Shown: in pieces, positions 33,452-42,069 of the stretch | Layout of the letters: each line of letters opens with the position of its first letter | Position numbering within the stretch: position 1 is the first letter of the stretch | Assembly (NCBI GenBank): GCA_047947115.1 | Contig: CP170459.1 | Span: forward strand, 4,000,001 to 4,064,000 | Source of the DNA: Verrucomicrobiota bacterium | GTDB taxonomy: Bacteria; Verrucomicrobiota; Verrucomicrobiia; Limisphaerales; AAA164-E04 | DNA length: 64,000 nt | Reading direction: 5' to 3' | Program-made: the position numbers and the translations under genes | Notes under the pieces: generated by a model | Told to the model about the DNA's origin: nothing | The model's input: only the letters and a program-made list of their open reading frames with translations | Database searches by the model: none

Positions 33452-35845
33452 ATGAGATACCATCAACAATCCTTTCTTATGCGCTCCATTCGACGAACCT
33501 TCGGTTGGCAACTAGCCGCTATGATGCTGGGTGGTGCCGGTTTCACCTTGGGATATGGACAAGAATTGCCACCTCCGGCGGATCGCAAGGTTGACTTCAC
33601 AACCGATATTCTTCCGATCCTCAAGGAAGCCTGCTTTCAATGTCATGGACCGGAAGAAGCCAAAGGCGATTTCCGAATGACGACCCGGGAAAACCTGCTG
33701 AAAGAAGGCGATTACGGTGTCAATGTGATCCCTGGCAACAGCGCTGAAAGTCCACTGATCCAGTTCGTCGCTCATCTGGAGGAAGATTCGGAAATGCCCC
33801 CGATCGGCAAGGGAGACAAATTATCCGATGAAAAAATCGGCTTGTTGAGGGCATGGATTGATCAGGGCGTGGCATTTGAAGAGATATCGGAGGAATCGTT
33901 TTACTTCCGGGTCACTCCTGAGTTTCGATTCATTGGAGTGGATGGAAACAAGTCCGCTTTTCGTGAGCATAATTGGATGCGAGATGGAGTGAATGGTGGT
34001 TTACATGATTTTGAATGGAAACAAACCATGGAGGGCGGGAAAACCTTCAGCGGTTCCGGACGTGTGATGGCCCCTTATGATCAGTACGCCATCGAAGCGG
34101 AAATCACGCAGCGGGATTTGGGGTTCTTCCGTTTTGGTTTGAACCAGTCACGATCATATGACGATCCTTATGGCGGTTACTCCCCTGCTTTCGGTCTGGG
34201 CCCCTGGGCGGTAGGGCGTGATCTGCATACTGATTTTTCCAACGCTTGGTTCGAATTGGGATTGGATCGTCCCGACACGCCAAAATTTACATTCGGATAC
34301 GAATACCGGGCACGAGACGGTGCCAAGTCCATGTTGCAATGGGGGCCGGCTTTTGATGCGGCTTTCAACGGCCATAATGTTTATCCCGCCTGGAAGCGAT
34401 TGGATCAGGAAACTCATATCATCACACTGAACGTGGAGCACACGTGGAACGGGTTTCGGATCGAAGACAATTTAAGAGGAGAGTTCTATCAACAGAACAA
34501 CACTCTGTACACGGGAGATTTCATCAATGCTGGAGATGCCCTTCCGGCGACGGTTTCGACTGAAAATGATGATTACGATCATTTCCAGGGCTCGAATGCG
34601 CTTACCGTGGAAAAACGGTTCAAACCGTGGTGGCTTGCCAGTGGCGGTTACTATTATTCTCACCTGAGTGGCGATGCCAAATTGTCACTGGGCAACTTTG
34701 ATCCGAGCAATCCTGCTGCGGCTGGCCTGCCCTTTGATTCACGCGGCATTCAACTCAGTTCCGAGTCGCACATCGTCAATATCAACAGTCTGCTTGGCCC
34801 CTGGAAACAGTGGACGGCCTATGGTGGGGTCCAGACGGAATGGACCCGCCGTAAGGGTACCGGAAACACCACCTTTTTCGGTGTCCCAACCACACTTGGC
34901 ACCAACACGGATCGTTTTCAAATCGAAGAGAATTTCGGCATTCGAAACACCAGCCTTCCCAACACCATCATTTACACCGATGTGAGGCTTCAGCAGGAAT
35001 CCATAGGGCAATCGGAGAGCGGACTCCTGAACGACGGTTTCGATGCGCAAGATGATTTCATGCGCGACACCGATGCCACCGGACGACATGCCCGATGGGA
35101 TCTTGGAACCACCCTGTCCCCTTGGGACAACTGGACGTTTCAACCGAACTACGGATACAAGCGCCGACATCATGACTTCAAGCATCTGCTGGACACGGAC
35201 CGCGGTCCGGAGCCGGGCAACGGCTATCCAGCTGCTTTGCGAGAACGTGAAACCGAAGGGCAGGATTGGGGAATGACTGTGGGATGGAAGCCGGTTCGTT
35301 GGTTAAAGACTTCGCTGGCCTACGAAGGTGAGCAAGCCGATTATCGCACCGACATCAATGCGCTGACGCTGTTCGGAGTTGCCTACCCCGCTGGATCGAC
35401 TTTGGCAGGGAACTATGACAGTCACACCTATCGATTCACCACGACACTGAGTCCGGCTCAACGTTGGTATTGGACCGGCAGCACGAGCTACACGGACATG
35501 CGCATCGTTTCGAGCATGAACGACAACACCTCGATTGCTCCTTATGACGGTGAATTGTTGAGTCTGTTCACATCATGGACATTTCTCTACAGCCCAAGCA
35601 CGACGCTCCAATCCAGCTACACCTTCAATCACGCGAACTACGGCCAGACTTTGCCCCTCGGATTGCCGATGGGCTCCGAATTCGATCAACATGCCTGGCG
35701 ATGCGATGTGCGCAAAAAGCTTGGAGAATCCGATTCGCTTGGGATTCAATACGCCTATTTCCGTTATCGCGATGACCTCGCCGCAGGTTTTCTGGACTAC
35801 GACGCGCATGGCATTTTTATCACCTGGAGCCGAATCTTCCAGTAA
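33452..35845 (+). CDS. MtrB/PioB-like outer-membrane beta-barrel with N-terminal fused planctomycete-type cytochrome c domain
   Basis: Signal peptide; VDFTTDILPILKEACFQCHG...EMPP...LLRAWIDQG; then GVDGNKSAFREH and ~650 aa of amphipathic aromatic-rich strands ending AHGIFITWSRIFQ; 16 bp after the multiheme gene. Confidence 0.8.
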   Translation: MRYHQQSFLMRSIRRTFGWQLAAMMLGGAGFTLGYGQELPPPADRKVDFTTDILPILKEACFQCHGPEEAKGDFRMTTRENLLKEGDYGVNVIPGNSAESPLIQFVAHLEEDSEMPPIGKGDKLSDEKIGLLRAWIDQGVAFEEISEESFYFRVTPEFRFIGVDGNKSAFREHNWMRDGVNGGLHDFEWKQTMEGGKTFSGSGRVMAPYDQYAIEAEITQRDLGFFRFGLNQSRSYDDPYGGYSPAFGLGPWAVGRDLHTDFSNAWFELGLDRPDTPKFTFGYEYRARDGAKSMLQWGPAFDAAFNGHNVYPAWKRLDQETHIITLNVEHTWNGFRIEDNLRGEFYQQNNTLYTGDFINAGDALPATVSTENDDYDHFQGSNALTVEKRFKPWWLASGGYYYSHLSGDAKLSLGNFDPSNPAAAGLPFDSRGIQLSSESHIVNINSLLGPWKQWTAYGGVQTEWTRRKGTGNTTFFGVPTTLGTNTDRFQIEENFGIRNTSLPNTIIYTDVRLQQESIGQSESGLLNDGFDAQDDFMRDTDATGRHARWDLGTTLSPWDNWTFQPNYGYKRRHHDFKHLLDTDRGPEPGNGYPAALRERETEGQDWGMTVGWKPVRWLKTSLAYEGEQADYRTDINALTLFGVAYPAGSTLAGNYDSHTYRFTTTLSPAQRWYWTGSTSYTDMRIVSSMNDNTSIAPYDGELLSLFTSWTFLYSPSTTLQSSYTFNHANYGQTLPLGLPMGSEFDQHAWRCDVRKKLGESDSLGIQYAYFRYRDDLAAGFLDYDAHGIFITWSRIFQ

Positions 35846-35864
35846 ACCACAACCTACTTGACCG

Positions 35865-36872
35865 ATGAATCCAACCAAACCTTTCAAAATGGCCCTTTTC
35901 GGACTGGGGCGAGCGGGGCGTTTCCATTTGCAGAGCATTCGACAGTTGCCACAAATCCAATTGGCTCATGTGGTGGATATCGATGAAGACCGGGCTCGTG
36001 AGACCGGAGTTGCGTTTGGCTGTCCTCATGCGACCAGCATCGAACCTGCCTTGTCTGACGTCTCGATTGATGCGGTGATCATAGCGACGCCTACCGGAGA
36101 TCATTACAGTCAAATCATGGCGGCATTGAAGGCTGGTAAATCGGTTTTCACCGAAAAGCCCCTGGGTAATGGTCTTTCAGACATAACGGATTGCTATGAA
36201 GCGGCGCGCGCTGCCAATCGATCCCTGTTTGTGGGCTTCAATCGAAGATTTGATCCTTCCTTCTCCGCACTCGCACGCCAAGTGAGCCAAGGCGATATCG
36301 GCGTCCCACAGCTGATGCGATTGACATCCAGGGACTCGCCCTTGCCAACCATGGATTACATCCGAACGTCACATGGGATATTTCATGATTGTATTGTGCA
36401 TGATTTGGACATGCTGCGATTCATCACAGGGCAGGATCCGGTGGAAGTTTACGCCATCGGGAGCAATTTTGTGGACGGGATACGAGAACTCAACGATCTG
36501 GATAACGTCCTTGTCAGTCTGAAATATGCCAGCGGTCTGTTGGCCAGCATCGATGTGAACCGATTTGCCTCCTACGGATACGATCAACGAATTGAGGCGT
36601 TTGGCAGCAAGGGCATGTTGCAGGCGGAGAATCGATCGCCACGATCCACCGTCCATTCATCCGCTGAGGGTGTCACGCGACCGACCATTGAACATTCTTT
36701 TCCCACAAGGTATCGGGAAGCTTATGTCGAGGAATTGCGTGTCTTTCAAGATTGTGTGACGCATGGCAAGGAACTGCCCATTTCTGAGGAAGATGTCGTG
36801 ATGAGTCACAGGCTTTGTGACATGGCCGAGCAATCGTTTAAAGAAGGCCAGCCTGTTCAGGTGAAACCTTAA
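35865..36872 (+). CDS. Gfo/Idh/MocA oxidoreductase, myo-inositol 2-dehydrogenase-like
   Basis: FGLGRAG, IATPT, FTEKP, VGFNRRFDP, TSRD, GIFHDCIVHDLD, YGYDQRIE. Confidence 0.85.
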   Translation: MNPTKPFKMALFGLGRAGRFHLQSIRQLPQIQLAHVVDIDEDRARETGVAFGCPHATSIEPALSDVSIDAVIIATPTGDHYSQIMAALKAGKSVFTEKPLGNGLSDITDCYEAARAANRSLFVGFNRRFDPSFSALARQVSQGDIGVPQLMRLTSRDSPLPTMDYIRTSHGIFHDCIVHDLDMLRFITGQDPVEVYAIGSNFVDGIRELNDLDNVLVSLKYASGLLASIDVNRFASYGYDQRIEAFGSKGMLQAENRSPRSTVHSSAEGVTRPTIEHSFPTRYREAYVEELRVFQDCVTHGKELPISEEDVVMSHRLCDMAEQSFKEGQPVQVKP

Positions 36873-36925
36873 TCCTGTTCCCTTTTCGCTTTACCGCTCC
36901 AAAGCCCGGCGTTAAGGTCCGCGCC

Positions 36926-37768
36926 ATGTCGCAGGGAATGGCTCCGAAACAGGATCCAAGCCGGAAATTCGCTCCTGATGCCTCATCACACTCGCTGGAG
37001 GTTTCGGACCGGAGTGTTGTGCCCTGGTCCGGATTGACAGCGGGGCAGGTCTGGTCCGCCCCCATGCCATTGAACCGTCAGACTCCGACAAAATGGCTCA
37101 GCAAAGCTTCTCTTTCACTGGTATCCAGCAAAATAGTATCGGTCAAAGGAGTGGAAAACATTGATCCCTCACTCGACCCCTTCATCATAGCTCTCAATCA
37201 TAGCCAAAAACTGGAAGCCATTTACATCCCTGCCCTGCTCCATTTTCTTCGCAAAGGTAGGTTGATCCACTTTTTGGCAGACTGGAATTTTTGTCTGGTT
37301 CCAGGAATTTGGCTGTTTTATCATTTCGGCGAAGTCATCACTGTGGCCCGCAAACCAGCCAGGCCCCGGTTTTTAAACGTGTTCAAACCATTGTTCATCA
37401 AAGGTCAAGGCCCGTTCGATCAGGCCATTGAAGCCCTTCAATCCGGACGCTCAATCGGCATTTTTCCGGAAGGCACGACCAACCGCAGCCCGGATACCTT
37501 GTTAAAGGGATATTCCGGTGCGGCACAGTTGTCTTTGAGTTTGGGGATCCCGGTGGTGCCGGCAGGCATCTCATTCCCTCAGCACGACAAACAACGCCCC
37601 ATCCCCGAAGGAATCCCCTTTTCGGTGGAGTTTGGCAAACCATTGGTTCCTGACACGAATGAAGGGAAACCTTCTTTGAAGAAGGTACGTGACTGGCACG
37701 TCGAAATTATGTCATCAATCTCCCGGTTATCTGGAAAGACCTGGAATCGTCATCAACGCAAAAAATGA
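36926..37768 (+). CDS. PlsC-like lysophospholipid acyltransferase
   Basis: IIALNHSQKLE (HX4E variant of HX4D), GIFPEGT, VVPAGI; start uncertain. Confidence 0.8.
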   Translation: MSQGMAPKQDPSRKFAPDASSHSLEVSDRSVVPWSGLTAGQVWSAPMPLNRQTPTKWLSKASLSLVSSKIVSVKGVENIDPSLDPFIIALNHSQKLEAIYIPALLHFLRKGRLIHFLADWNFCLVPGIWLFYHFGEVITVARKPARPRFLNVFKPLFIKGQGPFDQAIEALQSGRSIGIFPEGTTNRSPDTLLKGYSGAAQLSLSLGIPVVPAGISFPQHDKQRPIPEGIPFSVEFGKPLVPDTNEGKPSLKKVRDWHVEIMSSISRLSGKTWNRHQRKK

Positions 37769-38433
37769 GTTTATCGCTTTCAAACAAAGTCAACGTGATC
37801 AAGGTCCAAAACGCCGAGGACCGGGACAGAGCCGTCCAGGTGCTGAAGAGCACTTACGATCAGGAAAAGCAATGGATCTATGACGCCGACAAATTCTTCC
37901 CCGTCGAAGACCTGGAGCGAGATGATATTTCCTGGTTCGTCAGCCAGGTGGAAGACTTGCCAGTCGGGGTGCTGAGGGTCATGTACAATCCACCTCTGGA
38001 ACTTTATAAAGAATACGGATTCCAAAAGCTGGAAAGCGGTTTGGATGTGGAAGAATTCGTCAAAAACAACCGGATCGCGGAAATCGGACGTTTTGCCGTC
38101 CTTCCGGAATACCGTCGTTACATCGTCGTGGTGGCGGCCTTAATGCGGGCAGCCAGCCAGGAGACGGTGGAACGGGATTACTCCCACTACGTGACCGATA
38201 TTTTTGAGGGTGAAAAACACAGTCCCTATGAGTTCCACACCCGCGTGATGGGATTCAAGCCGGTTGCTACACATGATGTGGGCGAATTGAATTGCCCCAA
38301 CAGACGCATCACCATGGTCCTGGACATTCGGGAAGCATATAACCGCATCAGGTCCAAACAAAAATGGATCTTTCGCTTCCTCACCAAAGGTTGGGGTGAG
38401 GATCTGCATGCAAAGCTGCTGGACAAAGATTAG
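37765..38433 (+). CDS. GNAT-fold N-acyltransferase (AHL-synthase / N-acyl amino acid synthase-like)
   Basis: PVGVLRV and RIAEIGRFAVLPEYRR motifs; ATGA overlap with the PlsC-like gene. Confidence 0.7.
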   Translation: MSLSLSNKVNVIKVQNAEDRDRAVQVLKSTYDQEKQWIYDADKFFPVEDLERDDISWFVSQVEDLPVGVLRVMYNPPLELYKEYGFQKLESGLDVEEFVKNNRIAEIGRFAVLPEYRRYIVVVAALMRAASQETVERDYSHYVTDIFEGEKHSPYEFHTRVMGFKPVATHDVGELNCPNRRITMVLDIREAYNRIRSKQKWIFRFLTKGWGEDLHAKLLDKD

Positions 38434-39503
38434 CGTCCGAACTGCAGGGAAACGGGTTTACCTCGAACCTTCAGTTGACTTCTCAATATAAACCCGTTGG
38501 GAGTTTTTGAGTAGGCAAAGGAACTCTCACTGTGCGGGTCTTTGATGACGTCCAGAGCATCTTCCCCCTTCAGCAAGACCTGCACACCTGCCACCAGCAG
38601 TTGATGGTTTATGTCGAGTAGTTGCATTTGATTCCGCATATTGCTGAGCATGGGTAGCGTGTGGTTCACTAATGGATCACTGGCGTATTTTTTGGAGATC
38701 ATTTCCTCCTGCTTTGCTTGATCTTCCATGGGAAGTTTCATGAGATCGGCCCAGTCTTCGTAACAATTCTGAATGGCCTGAGTGGTTTTCTCAGGGTAGA
38801 TTTCTTTCTGTTGATGCATCAGTTTTGTGACATAAGCCCGTTCATTGAGGAACACTTCTGAGGGAGTTGAGCCACCTGGTAACTGGCTCAATTTTTTGGA
38901 AAAATCCTGAAGCGCGGAAGCAGGCATCCCTGGCATCGTTCGGGCTATGGCTCGTGTGGCTATTTGATTGATCGCTATTTCGACCAATTTAGTGATCGCA
39001 ACTGCTTTTTGTCCGATATGATTCGACATCGCCAAGCAAGTTAACAAATCGTCCATAGCCTGCTCGGTATTGCCTTTTTCAAGTTCCAGTCTGGATTGAA
39101 GCGTCATCAGAGTGATGATATTGTGTGAAGATAATTTGATTTCGCTGAGTTTCTTGGGATCCGGATCCAGTTCACCGGCCACATTCCCCTCCCTCATCCG
39201 GCTCGCTTGGCGCACCAAGCCGACAGCCTTTTTCTGATCGCCGACAAATCGCTTTAATTCCTCGTCCAATGGCACTGTTGCATACCATGTGTTGTCAGAT
39301 TTGGGCTCATACCGCTCGGCAAGAGCGGCCAATCCAGCGGCAATGAGTTCTTGATTGGCTTGTTGATATAGAGACGTTGCAGAGGAGTTTTCCTGACTCG
39401 ATGCCTGTGGCGCGAGGATTGTCAAGGAAACCAGCAAGCAAAGTGTTTGGCCGTTTGAAGAAATGATGCGTTTGAGCCACTTGAAAGGGGGGAGTTTTAT
39501 CAT
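38430..39503 (-). CDS. Secreted alpha-helical hypothetical protein
   Basis: 357-aa ORF with signal-like N-terminus and C-terminal DP.S..F.Y....GFILRS motif. Confidence 0.6.
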   Translation of the reverse strand: MIKLPPFKWLKRIISSNGQTLCLLVSLTILAPQASSQENSSATSLYQQANQELIAAGLAALAERYEPKSDNTWYATVPLDEELKRFVGDQKKAVGLVRQASRMREGNVAGELDPDPKKLSEIKLSSHNIITLMTLQSRLELEKGNTEQAMDDLLTCLAMSNHIGQKAVAITKLVEIAINQIATRAIARTMPGMPASALQDFSKKLSQLPGGSTPSEVFLNERAYVTKLMHQQKEIYPEKTTQAIQNCYEDWADLMKLPMEDQAKQEEMISKKYASDPLVNHTLPMLSNMRNQMQLLDINHQLLVAGVQVLLKGEDALDVIKDPHSESSFAYSKTPNGFILRSQLKVRGKPVSLQFGR

Positions 39504-39587
39504 CTTGTTTGTTTAAAATTGAAATTGAAAAGAATCCATTACAAATTCCTTGTAAATTCGTAGTTCATTTGAACAACACCGCGCAAT

Positions 39588-41021
39588 TCAGCGATTTAGC
39601 CAGCCTCCCCTAAAACCCGCTCGTTCCAATCCTTTCCGAATGTAAGCGCTGCGTTTCATAATCTCCCACACGAAACCGGATCGATGGTTTTCGATCATCA
39701 ACAGAACAGGCCCCTGATCGATGCCCAGATGTTCCCCATCAAACCAGCCTTTGCCTTCGACCAGTTGGCCATGTCTCAGCGGCACCGTTTTGAATTGGAA
39801 AGAGGGGTTGAAGGCATCCACAAATCCATATTTGTTGTATAAAGGATTACCATAGCGCTGGATCATGTTGCTCAAGCATGGAATGACAATTTCAGGAGCG
39901 AAAGCCACACTCGAGGCGGCTGCAGTGGGAGCGAGTGTCCCGTCATCCCGAATGCTGACCGCGGATGCCCCTCGGGCAGTATAGATCCAGAAACGGCGTT
40001 TTTCACCATTGAATTCCATTTCAATATTCACCGGCCCATCACAGGCAGTCAGTCCCCAGACATTTTCGCCATAATCGGCCCACTGCATGGGATTATCCAT
40101 GGCATAGGCGCGTTGGGCATAGGTCGCACGTCTTGAATTCTCAAACCAATCAATCCCCTGCCCTTTTATGTAATCATCTTGAATGCCGCTAAAATCAATC
40201 CATATGTGTGAATACTGGTGTCCAAACAAAGGGGTGAAATTGACGTGCGGCTGCCCGTAGAAAGTGTTCCATTGGCAGGTTTTTACAAAGGAATGCCAGG
40301 AGTCTTCTCTTGCCGGGTGGGTTGGACTGCCCAAGGCCAGGATGTACAGCAGCATGGCTTCGTTGTAGCCGTTGTAATCATGAGACAGCATACCTGATTC
40401 AGGTTTCCATCCATGGGAAATGAGACCGCCTCTGACCTGCGCCCAGTCCCATTCCACGCGTCGATAGAGAAAGTCCGCCAACTCACGGATGCGGGATTCA
40501 AGTTCTGTGTCCCTGTCATAGTATTCGAGACAGAACAGCATTCCCCCCATCAAAAGCGCGGTATCGATGGTGGAGAGCTCCACCTGACGGAAACGTTGGC
40601 CTGTATTTGGGTCGAGAAAATGATAATAAAATCCTTTGTAGCCAGACGTGTTTTCTGCTGATTCCGATTGTGTTGAATTTTTGAAAAACTCCAAAGTTGC
40701 GAGAGTTTTGCTGACCGCATCATTTCGTTTCAAGAACCCCCGTTCGACGGCCACAGGGAAGGCAGTCAAAGCAAAACCGACCGCTGCAATGCTGGCAAAA
40801 GCGTCCTCTTTGGGGGCACGGTCAAGAGTCAATCCGTTCCGATCATTGGAAAACTCCCAGAACCACGCAAACGTTCTCTTTTGGATATCATTCAACAATG
40901 CCTCCGTGTTGTTCATGGGCTCCAGCAATTGTGCTTTCAAGGCTCCATGCGCACCATCAAACAAGAGCAAGACCGCCAGGACGGTGCTCCTGAGGCGGAG
41001 TAAAACTAAGGAAGTCGGCAT
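39588..41021 (-). CDS. Glucoamylase-like (GH144, beta-1,2-glucanase-type) glycoside hydrolase
   Basis: GFYYHFLD, ELSTIDTALL, GYNEAM, PLFGHQYSH, WGLTACDGP, DGTLAPTAA, YGFVDAFN, GIDQGP..MIEN; signal peptide. Confidence 0.85.
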   Translation of the reverse strand: MPTSLVLLRLRSTVLAVLLLFDGAHGALKAQLLEPMNNTEALLNDIQKRTFAWFWEFSNDRNGLTLDRAPKEDAFASIAAVGFALTAFPVAVERGFLKRNDAVSKTLATLEFFKNSTQSESAENTSGYKGFYYHFLDPNTGQRFRQVELSTIDTALLMGGMLFCLEYYDRDTELESRIRELADFLYRRVEWDWAQVRGGLISHGWKPESGMLSHDYNGYNEAMLLYILALGSPTHPAREDSWHSFVKTCQWNTFYGQPHVNFTPLFGHQYSHIWIDFSGIQDDYIKGQGIDWFENSRRATYAQRAYAMDNPMQWADYGENVWGLTACDGPVNIEMEFNGEKRRFWIYTARGASAVSIRDDGTLAPTAAASSVAFAPEIVIPCLSNMIQRYGNPLYNKYGFVDAFNPSFQFKTVPLRHGQLVEGKGWFDGEHLGIDQGPVLLMIENHRSGFVWEIMKRSAYIRKGLERAGFRGGWLNR

Positions 41022-41123
41022 GGACGAAGACTAGGCAAATGCCTCGGACCATTCAACACGTGATTCCATTATCGCTATTTTTGCTTTGCCTTTTGCCGGA
41101 TTTGGTCAAGAGTTTGACAAGTT

Positions 41124-42032
41124 ATGAAGCATCTATTTCTCAAACAAAATCTGATGGGCTGGATCTTTGGCATCGTCTCATTCTTAGGCATGGCCTTATC
41201 TTCGGATATTCAAGCAGGCGACCGAAATACGCCTATCAAGGTCATGAGTTTCAATATTCGTTATGGAGCCGCCAATGATGGTGAAAACAGCTGGAAACAT
41301 CGTGATTACCTCGTCCTGGAAACCATTCAGAACTATGGTCCGGATCTGATAGGATACCAGGAAGCCCTTAAATTCCAGGTCGATTTCCTTAAGCAAAACC
41401 TCAAAGGCTATGGTTTTCACGGAATCGGCCGTGACAAGGGCACTGAAGAAGGTGAATACGTGCCCGTGATGTGGAAGATGGACCGGTTTGAACTGGTCGA
41501 TTCCGGACACTTCTGGCTAAGTGAAACACCAGAAATTCCCGGTAGTGTCAGTTGGGATTCCTCCCTGACCCGCATGCTATCCTGGGTGGTCCTCCGGGAC
41601 AAAAAAGCGGTTGGCTACCAGAAGGAATTGGTTTTTGCCAACACCCACTTTGATCATCGGGGCAATCAAGCCCGCTTGGAATCAGCCAAGTTGATTCGTC
41701 AACGTGCGGAGGAAATCATGAACGACATCCCCATCATCCTGACAGGCGACTTCAACACCACCGAAGATCTGGCGCCGTATGCCGCTCTCTGCAAAGCGGA
41801 AGGTTTTAACGGGAAACCGCTCGTGGACGCATTTCGAGTGATTCATCCCGAAGTTTCTGACAACGAGCGTTCCTTCGGCGCATGGGTTGGCCGAAGGGAT
41901 GGAAAACGAATCGATTGGATCCTGCACACCGACGATTTCGTGACGCTTAACGCAGCTATCAACTACACGCAGGATGCTGGCCGTTATCCATCCGATCACT
42001 ATCCGGTAGAAGCGATCGTCCGTTTAAAGTAG
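41124..42032 (+). CDS. Secreted endonuclease/exonuclease/phosphatase family protein
   Basis: VMSFNIRY, GYQEA, FWLSETP, NTHFDH, GDFN, RIDWI, PSDHYPV. Confidence 0.9.
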   Translation: MKHLFLKQNLMGWIFGIVSFLGMALSSDIQAGDRNTPIKVMSFNIRYGAANDGENSWKHRDYLVLETIQNYGPDLIGYQEALKFQVDFLKQNLKGYGFHGIGRDKGTEEGEYVPVMWKMDRFELVDSGHFWLSETPEIPGSVSWDSSLTRMLSWVVLRDKKAVGYQKELVFANTHFDHRGNQARLESAKLIRQRAEEIMNDIPIILTGDFNTTEDLAPYAALCKAEGFNGKPLVDAFRVIHPEVSDNERSFGAWVGRRDGKRIDWILHTDDFVTLNAAINYTQDAGRYPSDHYPVEAIVRLK

Positions 42033-42069
42033 ATCCATCCATCAAAAAAAGAAATCATACGCGAACTTA

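Noticed and set aside
37765..38433. LuxI quorum-sensing synthase call
   Set aside because: The conserved N-terminal R...F....W motif of LuxI is not evident, no LuxR nearby, and the gene is coupled to an acyltransferase
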